A stretch of DNA of 62,901 nucleotides, filler included, from Octopus bimaculoides (taxonomy: Eukaryota), in the NCBI RefSeq assembly GCF_001194135.2. It is 5 parts of 4 records of this genome, joined end to end, with 100 filler letters (N's around TTAATTAATTAA, not from the genome) between each part and the next. Parts side by side here need not be neighbours in the genome. Positions count along the whole stretch, not along the records: positions 1 to 14,785 come from NC_068998.1; 4 more parts are not named here. One strand, written 5' to 3'. This document shows, piece after piece, positions 1 through 13,873 of the stretch. The notes beneath the pieces are model-generated. The model was not told the origin of the DNA and did not search any database. It worked only from the letters and a program-made list of their open reading frames with translations. Position numbers and translations under genes: made by a program. Numbering within the stretch: position 1 is the stretch's first letter; each line of letters opens with the position of its first letter.

Positions 1-23
1 CGCGCACACTCACACACACACAC

Positions 24-76
<53 letters not shown>

Positions 77-180
77 CGTACACGCATGGATGCATACGCA
101 CATTCACAAAAACACGCGCGTACCCACACATACATACATGTTCACGCACAATCGCACACACACACACACATGTGAATATT
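1..180. repeat. (CA)n-rich microsatellite
   Basis: Long cacaca runs, directly visible. Confidence 0.95.
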
Positions 181-424
181 TCCCAGGGTTACCTTCTGCT
201 GGTGGACATGTAGTTAAATGAGACTAATATGCTTAATTCAATGAGCAACAAAATTGTTAATTAATTTATATTTCAGTCGTAATGAAGAAAAAATAAATTA
301 TTAAGTTTCAATGATAATTCTTGTCAAGAAGGAAAGGGAGATAAGCCTCGAGTCACATCCGGGTTAATAGACGACAAATTTATGATCAGAAATAAACTTA
401 CAGCAGTAATAAGGCCCAAAAGCT

Positions 425-530
425 CACAGTGGCTGTGTGGTAAGTAGCTTGCTTACCAACCACATGGTTCCGGGTTCAGTCCCACTGCGTGGCACCTTGA
501 GCGAGTGTCTTCTACTATAGCCTCGGGCCA
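425..530 (+). mobile_element. tRNA-derived SINE, 5' portion only
   Basis: A-box-like TGGCTGTGTGG and B-box-like GGTTCAGTCCC (473-483). Nearly the same head occurs at 62520 and, truncated, at about 45671. Confidence 0.8.
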
Positions 531-933
531 AGTGATATCGAAGAGATACCACCATGACAAAAATAGCAGTCAAAGCCTGACACTAAAACTACATCAAGTA
601 TTCATACAGCACAGGTGAAAAGGTAAATGAACAAATAAATTAGTAAAAAGAATTTACGGATAATCCCAGATCGACGATTTCTGGGACAGCAAACTGGAGG
701 GCCGCCTCGGTCGGTGCATATTCTCCCTACGCTAGTGCTGAAGATACATCACACACGCACGCAGACACGCACGCACACAAATACACACACAAAAAGTAGC
801 CAATGCAGCGATAAATGAAGAGATAAATAATACGAATTAATGCTCGTCGGTCGCTGGTATAATGCCATAAGGTTCTTGAACCATTGGGAGGTTGGCGTTG
901 GGCAAGAACCCGAGTCAGAGTAAAAAAGGACAA

Positions 934-1031
934 TGATGACGATGATGATGATGATGATGGTGACAATGATGACGATGACGACGATGACGACGACTACGAT
1001 TATGATGATGATGGTGGTGATGGTGATGATA

Positions 1032-1106
<75 letters not shown>

Positions 1107-1150
1107 GTGATGGTGATGGTGATGGTGATGGTGATGGTGATGGTGATAAC
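934..1150. repeat. (GAT)n/(GATGGT)n microsatellite
   Basis: Directly visible; it generates the spurious poly-D, poly-M and poly-I ORFs. Confidence 0.95.
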
Positions 1151-1321
1151 GAAGATGGAAGCACTGGAGAAAGATTTAAAGCGGCACAATGTGTTTTAGA
1201 TCAGATAAAGTAAGCTAATAGGGTGGGTATGTGCACAGCCACACACACACACACACACATTCATACGTACATACATACACATCATATACATATGTATATG
1301 CATACACACTCACACATACAA

Positions 1322-1379
<58 letters not shown>

Positions 1380-2181
1380 ACACTCACACACGTACGTACA
1401 ACTCTTTGACAGTCTGATGGTGAATTGATAATGTGGTCTTGTGATAATATGGAAATGGTTAACTTTATAGCACCTAATAATAATAATAATAACAACAACA
1501 ACAATAACAACAACAGAATAATAATAATGATAATAATAACAACAACAACAATAACAACAATTTATTACTGTTATTCTGATAGGCGATGATCTTCTTACTA
1601 TTTTCGTCAATGCCGCTCGTAGTACGGGTTCTCGTTTTTACAGCTTTTTCTTTTTTTTTAAGTGGTTGTTGTAGTTTTTGTTGCTAATGTCCTTCGGGTC
1701 TTTTTCCTGCTGGGGTTGATGTTGTTGTTGTTGTTGTTGTCGCCGTCGTCGTCGTGGCTTTTGTTCGAAACTGTTGTACGTAGATTTACTGAGGGTCCTG
1801 TTTGTGTTACCAATTTGCTTTGCCGGAGCAACTGCTTTATCGAAAGCGTATATTGTTCTTAAATGCTCGAAATACGAAAGTAGAAAAACAGCCAACAACT
1901 GATGAAGGGTCGTTCTTTATGTTGTTTGTCTTGTTTTCCATTTGTGTCTTACGTTGTTCGAAAAAATAATTCATGTTCCATGTACTCGTGCTGCGTACTT
2001 TCATGTTGTACACGTTTCGTGACGTTCAATACCCACATATGCATACACGCTAATACACGACCCATGTTATATTCCCCATTCGTGTTGGAACCACATGTGG
2101 GGCAAAACTAGTTGGTATACAGCACTTACTTGGTATTACCTGTATCATTTCGATCTGGTTGATTCCATTACCCTGCATAAC

Positions 2182-2215
<34 letters not shown>

Positions 2216-2614
2216 NNNNNNNNNNNNNNNNNNNNNNNNNNNNNNNNNNNNNNNNNNNNNNNNNNNNNNNNNNNNNNNNNNNNNNNNNNNNNNNNNNNNN
2301 NNNNNNNNNNNNNNNNNNNNNNNNNNNNNNNNNNNNNNNNNNNNNNNNNNNNNNNNNNNNNNNNNNNNNNNNNNNNNNNNNNNNNNNNNNNNNNNNNNNN
2401 NNNNNNNNNNNNNNNNNNNNNNNNNNNNNNNNNNNNNNNNNNNNNNNNNNNNNNNNNNNNNNNNNNNNNNNNNNNNNNNNNNNNNNNNNNNNNNNNNNNN
2501 NNNNNNNNNNNNNNNNNNNNNNNNNNNNNNNNNNNNNNNNNNNNNNNNNNNNNNNNNNNNNNNNNNNNNNNNNNNNNNNNNNNNNNNNNNNNNNNNNNNN
2601 NNNNNNNNNNNNNN

Positions 2615-2660
<46 letters not shown>

Positions 2661-3431
2661 GCTATGTAGATGTATGTATGTATGAATGTATAAACGCATA
2701 TATATTTATGTGTCTGTATATATGATGTATATCCATCCATACATACATACATACATATTAGTGTATGTGTATTATGAATAGAGCGGTATTGATATTTGAT
2801 ATAAAAATTCAGCTAACATATTTGTGCTTGCGTATGTGTGTATGTATGTAAGATCTTATATGCGTTATGTCTGCGCACATTACATTTACACGTTAAAATT
2901 CGCAGCTACAAAGCACATACACACACATATACACACAAACACACAAATATGCCAATATGTAAGTAGATATATGCATAGATATACATATATATATACAATA
3001 CATACACAACAATTCGTCTCTCCGATCACTAACATTCTCCTGCTTTCACCTCGTAGTTTGAATAGTTTTGCTGAACATAAATAACAGCAATCAATATATA
3101 TCCGTGCGCATACACATACGTAGTCAAATATGTATGTATATATATATATATCTATATATATATATATTGCATGTATATCTATTTATATATATATATATAT
3201 ATATCTGTGTGTATGTGTGTGTGTGTGTGTGTGTGTATGTATTGAGGTACATATATATGTATGTGTGTATCTATATATACGCATAAGTATATATATATAT
3301 ACACATATATGTATATATACATACATATACACGTATTTGAATATATTTGTATGTATGTATATTTGCATATAATCATATATATATATGCATATAGATTTTT
3401 ATATATATTTCTATGTGGAACTATACTAGCC

Positions 3432-3485
<54 letters not shown>

Positions 3486-4315
3486 NNNNNNNNNNNNNNN
3501 NNNNNNNNNNNNNNNNNNNNNNNNNNNNNNNNNNNNNNNNNNNNNNNNNNNNNNNNNNNNNNNNNNNNNNNNNNNNNNNNNNNNNNNNNNNNNNNNNNNN
3601 NNNNNNNNNNNNNNNNNNNNNNNNNNNNNNNNNNNNNNNNNNNNNNNNNNNNNNNNNNNNNNNNNNNNNNNNNNNNNNNNNNNNNNNNNNNNNNNNNNNN
3701 NNNNNNNNNNNNNNNNNNNNNNNNNNNNNNNNNNNNNNNNNNNNNNNNNNNNNNNNNNNNNNNNNNNNNNNNNNNNNNNNNNNNNNNNNNNNNNNNNNNN
3801 NNNNNNNNNNNNNNNNNNNNNNNNNNNNNNNNNNNNNNNNNNNNNNNNNNNNNNNNNNNNNNNNNNNNNNNNNNNNNNNNNNNNNNNNNNNNNNNNNNNN
3901 NNNNNNNNNNNNNNNNNNNNNNNNNNNNNNNNNNNNNNNNNNNNNNNNNNNNNNNNNNNNNNNNNNNNNNNNNNNNNNNNNNNNNNNNNNNNNNNNNNNN
4001 NNNNNNNNNNNNNNNNNNNNNNNNNNNNNNNNNNNNNNNNNNNNNNNNNNNNNNNNNNNNNNNNNNNNNNNNNNNNNNNNNNNNNNNNNNNNNNNNNNNN
4101 NNNNNNNNNNNNNNNNNNNNNNNNNNNNNNNNNNNNNNNNNNNNNNNNNNNNNNNNNNNNNNNNNNNNNNNNNNNNNNNNNNNNNNNNNNNNNNNNNNNN
4201 NNNNNNNNNNNNNNNNNNNNNNNNNNNNNNNNNNNNNNNNNNNNNNNNNNNNNNNNNNNNNNNNNNNNNNNNNNNNNNNNNNNNNNNNNNNNNNNNNNNN
4301 NNNNNNNNNNNNNNN

Positions 4316-4377
<62 letters not shown>

Positions 4378-4434
4378 TTGTCCGTGTATATGAGTGACTA
4401 AGAGGAAAAGAATGAGGGAAAGATGAAGAAAGCA

Positions 4435-4760
4435 AGAGAGAATAAGAGAGAGACAGAGAGACAGAGAGAGACACAGAGACACACAGAGACAGAGAGAGAG
4501 ATACAGAGACACAGAGAGAGAGAGACAGAGACAGAGAGAGACAGAGACAGAGACAGAGACAGAGACACACAGAGACAGAGACAGAGAGAGACAGAGAGAG
4601 ATAGAGACAGAGAGAGAGAGACACAGGGACAGAGAGAGACAGAGAGAGACAGAGACAGAGACACAGAGACAGCGAGCGAGACACAGAGAGACAGAGGGAC
4701 AGAGAGAGAGAGACACAGAGACAGAGAGAGATAGAGAGAGATAGAGAGAGACAGAGAGAC
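4435..4760. repeat. (GA)n/(GACA)n compound microsatellite
   Basis: Directly visible agagac/agagag array. Confidence 0.95.
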
Positions 4761-4817
4761 ATGAAACGCATTATGCTGAAGTGCTTTCATGATAATAGAA
4801 ATAATTGTATTTTTATT

Positions 4818-5339
4818 TTGGCACAAGGCCTGCAAATTTGGGGTAGAGGAAAGTTGATTCCATCAATTCCACTGAGTTTAACTGGTACTCATTCTATCGA
4901 CCTCGAAAAGATGAAAGAAAAAGTCCAAGTCGACGTAATTTCAATTCCAGATGGAAAGACGAACAGAACGTCGCTCAGCGTCTTGCCGGCCTTCCAAAGA
5001 TTCTACCCAGCTCGATACCTCAATAATATTGATGATAATGACTTCAACTTTTGGCAAAGGGCCAGAAATTTCAGGGGAGGAGGTAAATTCATTGCATCGA
5101 CCCCCCAGTACTCAACTGGTGCTTATTCTATCCAATCCTGTCTACTATAGGCACAAGGCCTGAAATTTGGGGGAATGGGGAGTCGATTTCGGTACTCAGC
5201 TGGTATTTAATTTATCGAACCCGAAAGGATGAAAGGCAGAGTCGACGTCGGTGGAATTTGAACTCAGAACGTAACGACAGACGAAATATCACTAAGCATT
5301 TCGTCCAGCGTAGTAACGATTCTGCCAGCTCACCGCCTT
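4818..5339 (-). mobile_element. Cluster of 2-3 tRNA-derived SINE copies (family starting AAGGCGGTGAGCTGGCAGAA)
   Basis: 5139-5339 is the reverse complement of the SINE at 12250 and 27525 (GAGTTCAAATTCC B box, CTTTCATCCTTTCGGG central domain). 4818-5020 is an older copy and 5050-5130 a tail fragment. Confidence 0.8.
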
Positions 5340-5444
5340 GGGCAACAGCAAATATTCTGTTCAATACCACAGATTTGCTTGTCAGTTGTTTGACCTTAAC
5401 CAGTTGAGCATGCCCCTTGGTGGCTGACGATAAGTTCTTTCAGC

Positions 5445-5880
5445 TACGCATAGCTTTGTTTTTTTTTTCGACTATTTTCCTCTTTATCGTACGTGATGTG
5501 GCGTTAGACTTCCAACCCCATACGTGGCTAGCCAACTTAGCGGTTTTACTTTTGTCTCTGTGTCTGAAGGAAGATGTGGTTAGCATAGCGATTTTTGGAA
5601 TCGCCTTCACATAATCCAATAAAGCTTTTCTTATCGGCTGTGTTATCATCTAACGTTACTGAAACTTCTGCCTCAGATATGACGGATTTAATCATACATC
5701 CCTGGTAGAGTGGACATGTTCCTGGGTCTCAACAGTTACAACTGGGAGTGAGCTCTTGGTGTTGTTCTCGTGTAACGATACTTTTCATACTGGGGCTGCA
5801 GCTATATGATAATTTCACTGAGCGTCTGTTAAATATATTCGTGTACCTGTGATTCTTTGGCAAATATTTATCTAGGAGAG
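5445..5880 (-). mobile_element. Penelope-like element, decayed GIY-YIG endonuclease region
   Basis: Minus strand reads LLDKYLPKNHRYTNIFNRRSVKLSYSCSPSMKSI..SCNC*DPGTCPLYQGCMIKSVISEAEV..KKSFIGLCEGDSKNRYANH/SFRHRDKSKTAKLASHVW. This is the CNC..CPL.G.C..VIY.A..YIG..F/SK.RY.NH..SF pattern of PLE endonucleases, with a stop and a frameshift. Confidence 0.8.
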
Positions 5881-6898
5881 ACAGGAATCTTTTACCTATG
5901 TAAAGAGAAGGGAGAAGGAACCAAATAATTTTCCTAGGTCCGTTTTTAGGTCTATCATTATTATTCCTATTATTATTAGAGGGTTTACATATTAATTATA
6001 TATATATATATCTTGTCGCTTGAATGCGCGAAATAAAGAGTAGAAGGACAGCCAACAATTGATAAAGAGTCGGTTTTTTTTTTATGTCACTTGTCTTGTT
6101 TTCCGTTCGTTTTCCTCGTTTTTTTTTTTGCGTACCCAACGATATTTTCAAATTTCATGTTTGTTTACGCTTTTGTGATGTCCTGTACCGATATATGCAC
6201 AGCTATATACGTATATACGTATTTATGTACATATATGAGTCTATATCTGCATATACATATTATTTATATATATATATATATATAAAACTGTGAATGAACT
6301 TATTTTTTTAAATATAAATAGAATGCCTGTTGTAATTTGAATGTGCATGTTTATATATGTGCGTGTATGTGTGAGTGCATGTGCGCGTATGTTTTGTGCG
6401 CACGTGTGCGTGTGTGTGTGTGTGTGTGCAATTCTACATATTCATTTCTAGAAATCAACCTGTGTATGTGTTTATAGATACATTCATATATATATATATA
6501 TATATANNNNNNNNNNNNNNNNNNNNNNNNNNNNNNNNNNNNNNNNNNNNNNNNNNNNNNNNNNNNNNNNNNNNNNNNNNNNNNNNNNNNNNNNNNNNNN
6601 NNNNNNNNNNNNNNNNNNNNNNNNNNNNNNNNNNNNNNNNNNNNNNNNNNNNNNNNNNNNNNNNNNNNNNNNNNNNNNNNNNNNNNNNNNNNNNNNNNNN
6701 NNNNNNNNNNNNNNNNNNNNNNNNNNNNNNNNNNNNNNNNNNNNNNNNNNNNNNNNNNNNNNNNNNNNNNNNNNNNNNNNNNNNNNNNNNNNNNNNNNNN
6801 NNNNNNNNNNNNNNNNNNNNNNNNNNNNNNNNNNNNNNNNNNNNNNNNNNNNNNNNNNNNNNNNNNNNNNNNNNNNNNNNNNNNNNNNNNNNNNNNNN

Positions 6899-6940
<42 letters not shown>

Positions 6941-8302
6941 AGAGGTAGTGAGATGCGTATCTAAGACTGTTTATCAATTTGCGTTTACAATTTGTATATG
7001 CAAGCTAACCTCCATCTTGTTCAGAATATGTATCCTTCTTTCTTGCCTACCTCTTCTTTCACCTCTTTATCTAGTTCTTGCTAATACTATTATCATTATC
7101 ATCACCAACATTACTATTATTATTATCATTATCATTTTTTTTATTATTATTATTATTATTACTATTATTATTATTATTAATATTACTATTGTTGTTGTTG
7201 TTAATATTATTTTCGTATTGTCTTCCATTTTTTCATCTCCTTCATTGCCCGTTACATATTTACAAAATTGTTATTTGAATGCATCCAATTACTTTGTAAT
7301 CGGCATTCATTGCTCTCAAAAGGCAAACTTGAACGCTTTGAAAATTGCTGTTTAACCTTGCTGTTGCTTCTTTTGTTGTATAAATTGTCGCCATTGTTCA
7401 GCAGACGATCATGGAAAGGCGGGAAATAAACTCCCTATATACACACATATACACACACACAGGTATTTATATACATATGCACACACACACACACACATAT
7501 GTGCGCAAAGAATTAAAAAAATGGGAAGGAAAGAATTTTTAGATATTTAGATACATGTGGAATGAAAAGAAATGAAAAAATAATTACGTGTTTAAGTGTG
7601 TACGTGTGTATATATATATATATGTCTGTGTGCATATTTGTGCGTAAATATTTGTTAATGTATGGTATGAGTTTGTGCGTGTGTGTGTGTATATATATAT
7701 ATGCATACATATATGTACACACACACATATACACTCTCATGTATATATATGCATACATACATAAATAACCACACAAAAACAGAAATGCATATGATATGCA
7801 TTTAAATATTTTTATACATCCATTTACATATATATATATATGTATTTGTGTATGTATGTATGTATGGATCGATCTCTGTGTGTATGTATGTATATATGTA
7901 TGTATGTATGTATGTACGTATGTATGTATGTGCGAGTGTAGTTATGGGTACGTACATATATATTTACATAAACTTATATATGTGTGTGTGTACATGTTTT
8001 ATTTTATGTATATATGCAAGTATGAATACATACACATATAATTATATGTGTGTATACATGCACCTACAAACAAGCGATAAACATAAAAAATATGATATAA
8101 AAAATACATAAATACAACAAAATCCAGGAGTTCTTTTAAATGCAGAGAAAAAATAATAATGGAGGTGAGAAACGTGTCCTTATGTTCACTTGTGAACGCG
8201 TGTATTATATCTATAGAATACGCACGCATATATACACACATATATATATACCTATATTCATATATACATGCATACTTCTATACATGCAGTTATACACACA
8301 CA

Positions 8303-8353
<51 letters not shown>

Positions 8354-10027
8354 CCAGATATACATACACACAAGTAATGCACTATATTTCTTGTCCTCCA
8401 TTTTCCTAGTTTAATTTAATAATTTTAACATCATTCTTTTGTCGGATAACGTTAATGTCGAACTCCGCTACTGATCGTTATGTCCTTTGACCAGAGGCGT
8501 TCCAAACGTGACCATATACTCTGCATTTCAAACAGAAGGATTTGTTGTCGTTGAGTTCTTGGTTAATGTTGCTATTGTTAATGTTGTCGTTGTTGTGTCG
8601 TTAAAGCCCATTCCTGATGCGGTTGACCTATGACCAGAGGCATCTCAGCCGTGACCATCAACTCCGTATTTCAGACACAACGATGTATTGTCGTGTTTTT
8701 GTTTTTTTTTTTGTGGTATTACTATTGTGGTCGTTGTTATTGTTGTGGCTGTTTTGTTTAGTCAAAGCCCTAATTGTGGTGTTCTATAACCAGAGGGGTT
8801 CCTACCTTGACCAGCCCGTCAGACATAGAGGACACGCGGTGTCACGTGGAAGGGAGAGTCACTAAATAGGTCACAGGATGTGTGACGAAAGATTTCAGAC
8901 AAAAGACACTAAAATAAGAATAATGATATAGCGGTAGTGAAGAACGAGTATACAGTGCATGTGTTTATCTGGCAAAGAAAAAAGATGATCGTCCCGAAAT
9001 ATAACAATATAACCAATTTATTGCGCACCAATTTTAACAACAAAGGTTATGTGGGCCCCGGTTGAGGACCACTGATATAATGCGTCTGATTTCTCTTCTG
9101 AAGGCAGTAGTGTGTGACTTGGGATAGAGTCGACTGCTATTTCTAGCAGATAATAAGTCTTTGTTACTCCCGTTCCTATTCTTATTTCCTTCTGACATGG
9201 CCAGCTTTCATCGTCAAATTTACAAGCTAATAAATACAATTTAATATCAGCCAATTCGCCAGGATGCCATCACAATTAAATTCAATAAGATGTATCGTTC
9301 CTAAGACAAAACCATACTAAATCTGTCAGTTTGGAGATGTTTGGAATTAAAATTCATTTCAATCTTTTCCAATGTTTTCATTGGTCCAGACGTCTAGACG
9401 TATAACGATTCTCTCGCACACACATCGCCGCCATTGTTGTCGCAGACGTTGTTGTGGCGTTGTTGTTGATGTCGTTGTTACTGCTAATACGACACTCATC
9501 AATCACCTATTCCTGTCTTTTTTTAAGACTTCATTTTCTTTGGGGGTTTTTTTTTCGTTTGTTTCATTTTGTTAGTTCTTTATGTTGAACATCACGATAA
9601 AGACCATCTTTTATTTTTTTATTTATTTTAGTCACTTGACTGTGACCATGCTGGGGCACCGCCTTGAAGGGTTTTAGTCGAACAAATCGATCCCAAGACA
9701 TTTTTTGAAGGCTAGTACTTAGTCTATCGGTCGAATATTTTGTGTATGGCTGCCACTTTTCAAGTTCTTCAATTTTTGTTCCAATTGATTTTATATTTGG
9801 TATATTGGTGTAGTTNNNNNNNNNNNNNNNNNNNNNNNNNNNNNNNNNNNNNNNNNNNNNNNNNNNNNNNNNNNNNNNNNNNNNNNNNNNNNNNNNNNNN
9901 NNNNNNNNNNNNNNNNNNNNNNNNNNNNNNNNNNNNNNNNNNNNNNNNNNNNNNNNNNNNNNNNNNNNNNNNNNNCTTTATATAAAGATCTCTCTCTCTC
10001 TCTCTCTCTCTTTCCCTCTGTATATAT

Positions 10028-10080
<53 letters not shown>

Positions 10081-10486
10081 CAGACATACATACATATATA
10101 TACAAGCAAATATCTGTATATGTATGTGTCTATGCATTAATGCATGTATATGTATATATATAATATATGTGTGCTTGTGTGTGAATGTATGAATGGTTTT
10201 ATATGTATACATGCATTTATATATAGTATATATATATATATATGGAGAGAGAGGGAGAGAGAGAGAGGGAGGTAGGAGGATGAAAAGAAAGAAAGAATGG
10301 AAGAAAATATGCGAAGGAAGTCGGATGCTGATCAGGCAATGAACAAAAGAGATTAAGCGGAGGATGAACAAAGAATACGTATAGATGCGTTCATATAAAC
10401 ACATACATGGAAAGGTGCATATGCGTACACGCCCTGGGACTCCCATACACATATATAAACTAACACCTATATGTATGTATATATGT

Positions 10487-10531
<45 letters not shown>

Positions 10532-11627
10532 CATACATATATATATATGTGTACATATATATATGTATATATATATATATATATATACACACACGCACAT
10601 ATATACATGTACATTTATACAGCTACACACATATATACACATATATCCATGTATATATATATAATATATATATATGCNNNNNNNNNNNNNNNNNNNNNNN
10701 NNNNNNNNNNNNNNNNNNNNNNNNNNNNNNNNNNNNNNNNNNNNNNNNNNNNNNNNNNNNNNNNNNNNNNNNNNNNNNNNNNNNNNNNNNNNNNNNNNNN
10801 NNNNNNNNNNNNNNNNNNNNNNNNNNNNNNNNNNNNNNNNNNNNNNNNNNNNNNNNNNNNNNNNNNNNNNNNNNNNNNNNNNNNNNNNNNNNNNNNNNNN
10901 NNNNNNNNNNNNNNNNNNCCAAGAACAACAACAATAACAGCAACAACAACAACAACAACAACAACGACACCAACAACATCAACAATAACTAGGAGAGAAA
11001 AATTAACAAACACATAAAAAGAAACGGCAAGAAAAAGAAAGACACACACACACATATATATATATATGCAGACACAAACACATACACACGCATATGCACG
11101 CTTATATGCCCACATACACACACACGGAGACATATACACACACAAATACACACACTAACTCAAACACGCCACACAGAATGCATAAATAAAAGGGAGTACG
11201 CAAGCGTTGTGAAAGATCTTTGTGGAAACGTTTTAGGTGTCTAATGAGTATGGGACTGTGTACAATTTGTGAAACGAACTGTGTTAGGTTAATACATGAT
11301 GGCGACAATATTCCAAAACGCTGAAGACTGTCTGCTTATAAAGTGATGAGTGAGAAATCTGCCAGTCGTCATCATTGCAAGAGCAAATGTGCAAACGATT
11401 TGATCTATTGTAATGCTTCGCAAAACTATTTAGATATGGCGTTTATAGCAAGCCGTCTGTCGTTAATACGTGATTTTACGGCGCTTTTATTCGCTCGCTG
11501 ATTTGCAATATGGCGTCTTTTACGAGCTTTTGCATGTAGCTAGCTTTGTCCATTCCACTACTGCTGCTGCTGCTGCTGCTGCTCGCTACTCACATTTCAT
11601 CCGCCGTCTGATAACCTACGCACGCAT

Positions 11628-11714
<87 letters not shown>

Positions 11715-12249
11715 NNNNNNNNNNNNNNNNNNNNNNNNNNNNNNNNNNNNNNNNNNNNNNNNNNNNNNNNNNNNNNNNNNNNNNNNNNNNNNNNNNNNNN
11801 NNNNNNNNNNNNNNNNNNNNNNNNNNNNNNNNNNNNNNNNNNNNNNNNNNNNNNNNNNNNNNNNNNNNNNNNNNNNNNNNNNNNNNNNNNNNNNNNNNNN
11901 NNNNNNNNNNNNNNNNNNNNNNNNNNNNNNNNNNNNNNNNNNNNNNNNNNNNNNNNNNNNNNNNNNNNNNNNNNNNNNNNNNNNNNNNNNNNNNNNNNNN
12001 NNNNNNNNNNNNNNNNNNNNNNNNNNNNNNNNNNNNNNNNNNNNNNNNNNNNNNNNNNNNNNNNNNNNNNNNNNNNNNNNNNNNNNNNNNNNNNNNNNNN
12101 NNNNNNNNNNNNNNNNNNNNNNNNNNNNNNNNNNNNNNNNNNNNNNNNNNNNNNNNNNNNNNNNNNNNNNNNNNNNNNNNNNNNNNNNNNNNNNNNNNNN
12201 NNNNNNNNNNNNNNNNNNNNNNNTAAGCCAGCAATTGTAGTAAAAAAAA

Positions 12250-12475
12250 GGCGGTGAGCTGGCAGAAACGTTAGCACGCGGGGGGGGGAGGGGAATGCTT
12301 AGTGGTATTTCGTCTGTCTTTACGTTCTGAGTTCAAATTCCGCCGAAGTCGACTTTAGTTTTCATCATTTCGGAAATTGATAATGAAGTACCAGTTGCAT
12401 ACTGGAGTCGATCTAATCGACTGGCCCTCTCCCCAAAAATTTCGGGCCTTGTGACTAGAGTAGAAAAAAAAAGAT
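12250..12475 (+). mobile_element. tRNA-derived SINE
   Basis: AAGGCGGTGAGCTGGCAGAAACGTTAGCA...GAGTTCAAATTCCGCCGAAGTCGAC...AAGTACCAGTTGCATACTGGAGTCGATCTAATCGAC; homologous to the copies at 27525, 38535 and 42263. Confidence 0.85.
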
Positions 12476-12670
12476 CATAGTAAAAAACACTTGCCCTGGA
12501 TGCCATGCGGTGGGACTGAACCCGAAAATACTTACTTCTAAAGCAAGATTCTTAACTCTATAGCCATTCCTGCGACCGTAGACACATCTACCTATCATAT
12601 ATAAAATATATATTTTATAGGTGTTTGTTTATGTATATTAATGTATGGATATCTGGTGGTGTGATATCTT

Positions 12671-13006
12671 TTATCTTTTTTTCTTGTTTCAGTCATTAGA
12701 ATGCGGCCATGCTGGGGCAGGTAACTTAGCCGTTCGCCAAAAGTGTGTGTGTGTTTGTGTGTCTGTGCGTGTGTGTTTGTGTGTCTGTGCGTGTGTGTTT
12801 GTGTGTCTGTGCGTGTGTGTCCCCACCATCGCTTCACAACCGATGTCGGTGTGTTTACATCCCCGTGATCCAGCGGTTCTGCAAAGGACAACCGATAGAA
12901 TAAGGACTAGGCTCACAAAGAATAAGTTCTGGGGTCGATTTGTTCGACAAAAACGCGGTACGACAGCATGGTCGCAGTCAAATGACTGAAACAAACAAAA
13001 GAATAA
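12671..13006. mobile_element. Two SINE 3' tails in inverted orientation around a GT-rich 20-bp repeat
   Basis: 12671-12714 is the reverse complement of 12964-13006. 12820-13006 matches the tail of the SINE at 62520-62901. Confidence 0.75.
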
Positions 13007-13050
13007 AAGAAAGATATATACATGTATATACATATATATACTTATATACT

Positions 13051-13085
<35 letters not shown>

Positions 13086-13842
13086 ACAGTAAGATTGAAT
13101 ATACGAGCACGGTCGCATAACAACGCAAGTGTAAGCTAACTCACACGCACTCACACAAGTGAAATCTCAATTACGAGAAAGGATGCGTGACGTCAGACGT
13201 ACAATCCAACTCACGTGACCACCTGTTAGCTCGAAACACTTTTGACGATCTCCAAGTTGCAGGTCAGAGGGCAGTGAAGATTATACACCAGGTGGCGCAC
13301 ACACTTGATTAAATTTCTTTGCACCAGACCACATGTGTTTTAGATTGGCATATAAGTACATATCTGTGTGTGTGTGTCTCAGTGTAAATGTATGTGGGTG
13401 AATATCTATGCTTATATATATNNNNNNNNNNNNNNNNNNNNNNNNNNNNNNNNNNNNNNNNNNNNNNNNNNNNNNNNNNNNNNNNNNNNNNNNNNNNNNN
13501 NNNNNNNNNNNNNNNNNNNNNNNNNNNNNNNNNNNNNNNNNNNNNNNNNNNNNNNNNNNNNNNNNNNNNNNNNNNNNNNNNNNNNNNNNNNNNNNNNNNN
13601 NNNNNNNNNNNNNNNNNNNNNNNNNNNNNNNNNNNNNNNNNNNNNNNNNNNNNNNNNNNNNNNNNNNNNNNNNNNNNNNNNNNNNNNNNNNNNNNNNNNN
13701 NNNNNNNNNNNNNNNNNNNNNATATACGTATGTATGTATATGTATGTCTATATATCTATGTGTGTATATATACATGTATATGTATATATATATTTATGTG
13801 TATATATATGTATGTATATATATGTGTGTATATACATGTATG

Positions 13843-13873
<31 letters not shown>

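Noticed and set aside
425-500. tRNA-like A and B boxes here and at 12250, 18900 and 62520
   Set aside because: No complete cloverleaf, and each continues into repeated SINE body sequence, so they are not tRNA genes.
727-1610. Poly-Asp, poly-Met, poly-Ile and HT/CV-repeat ORFs
   Set aside because: They are translations of (GAT)n and (CA)n microsatellites, open in several frames on both strands.
1865-1925. GAAA...CTGATGA motif suggesting a permuted hammerhead (related copy at about 6020-6075)
   Set aside because: There is a small TAC-GAAA-GTA hairpin, but no U-H cleavage site and no stem I or II pairing could be built.
11290-11600. CpG-richer stretch with three ATGGCG motifs and (GCT)n, possibly a promoter
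   Set aside because: No linked exon or start site is visible and the motif is too short to be significant.
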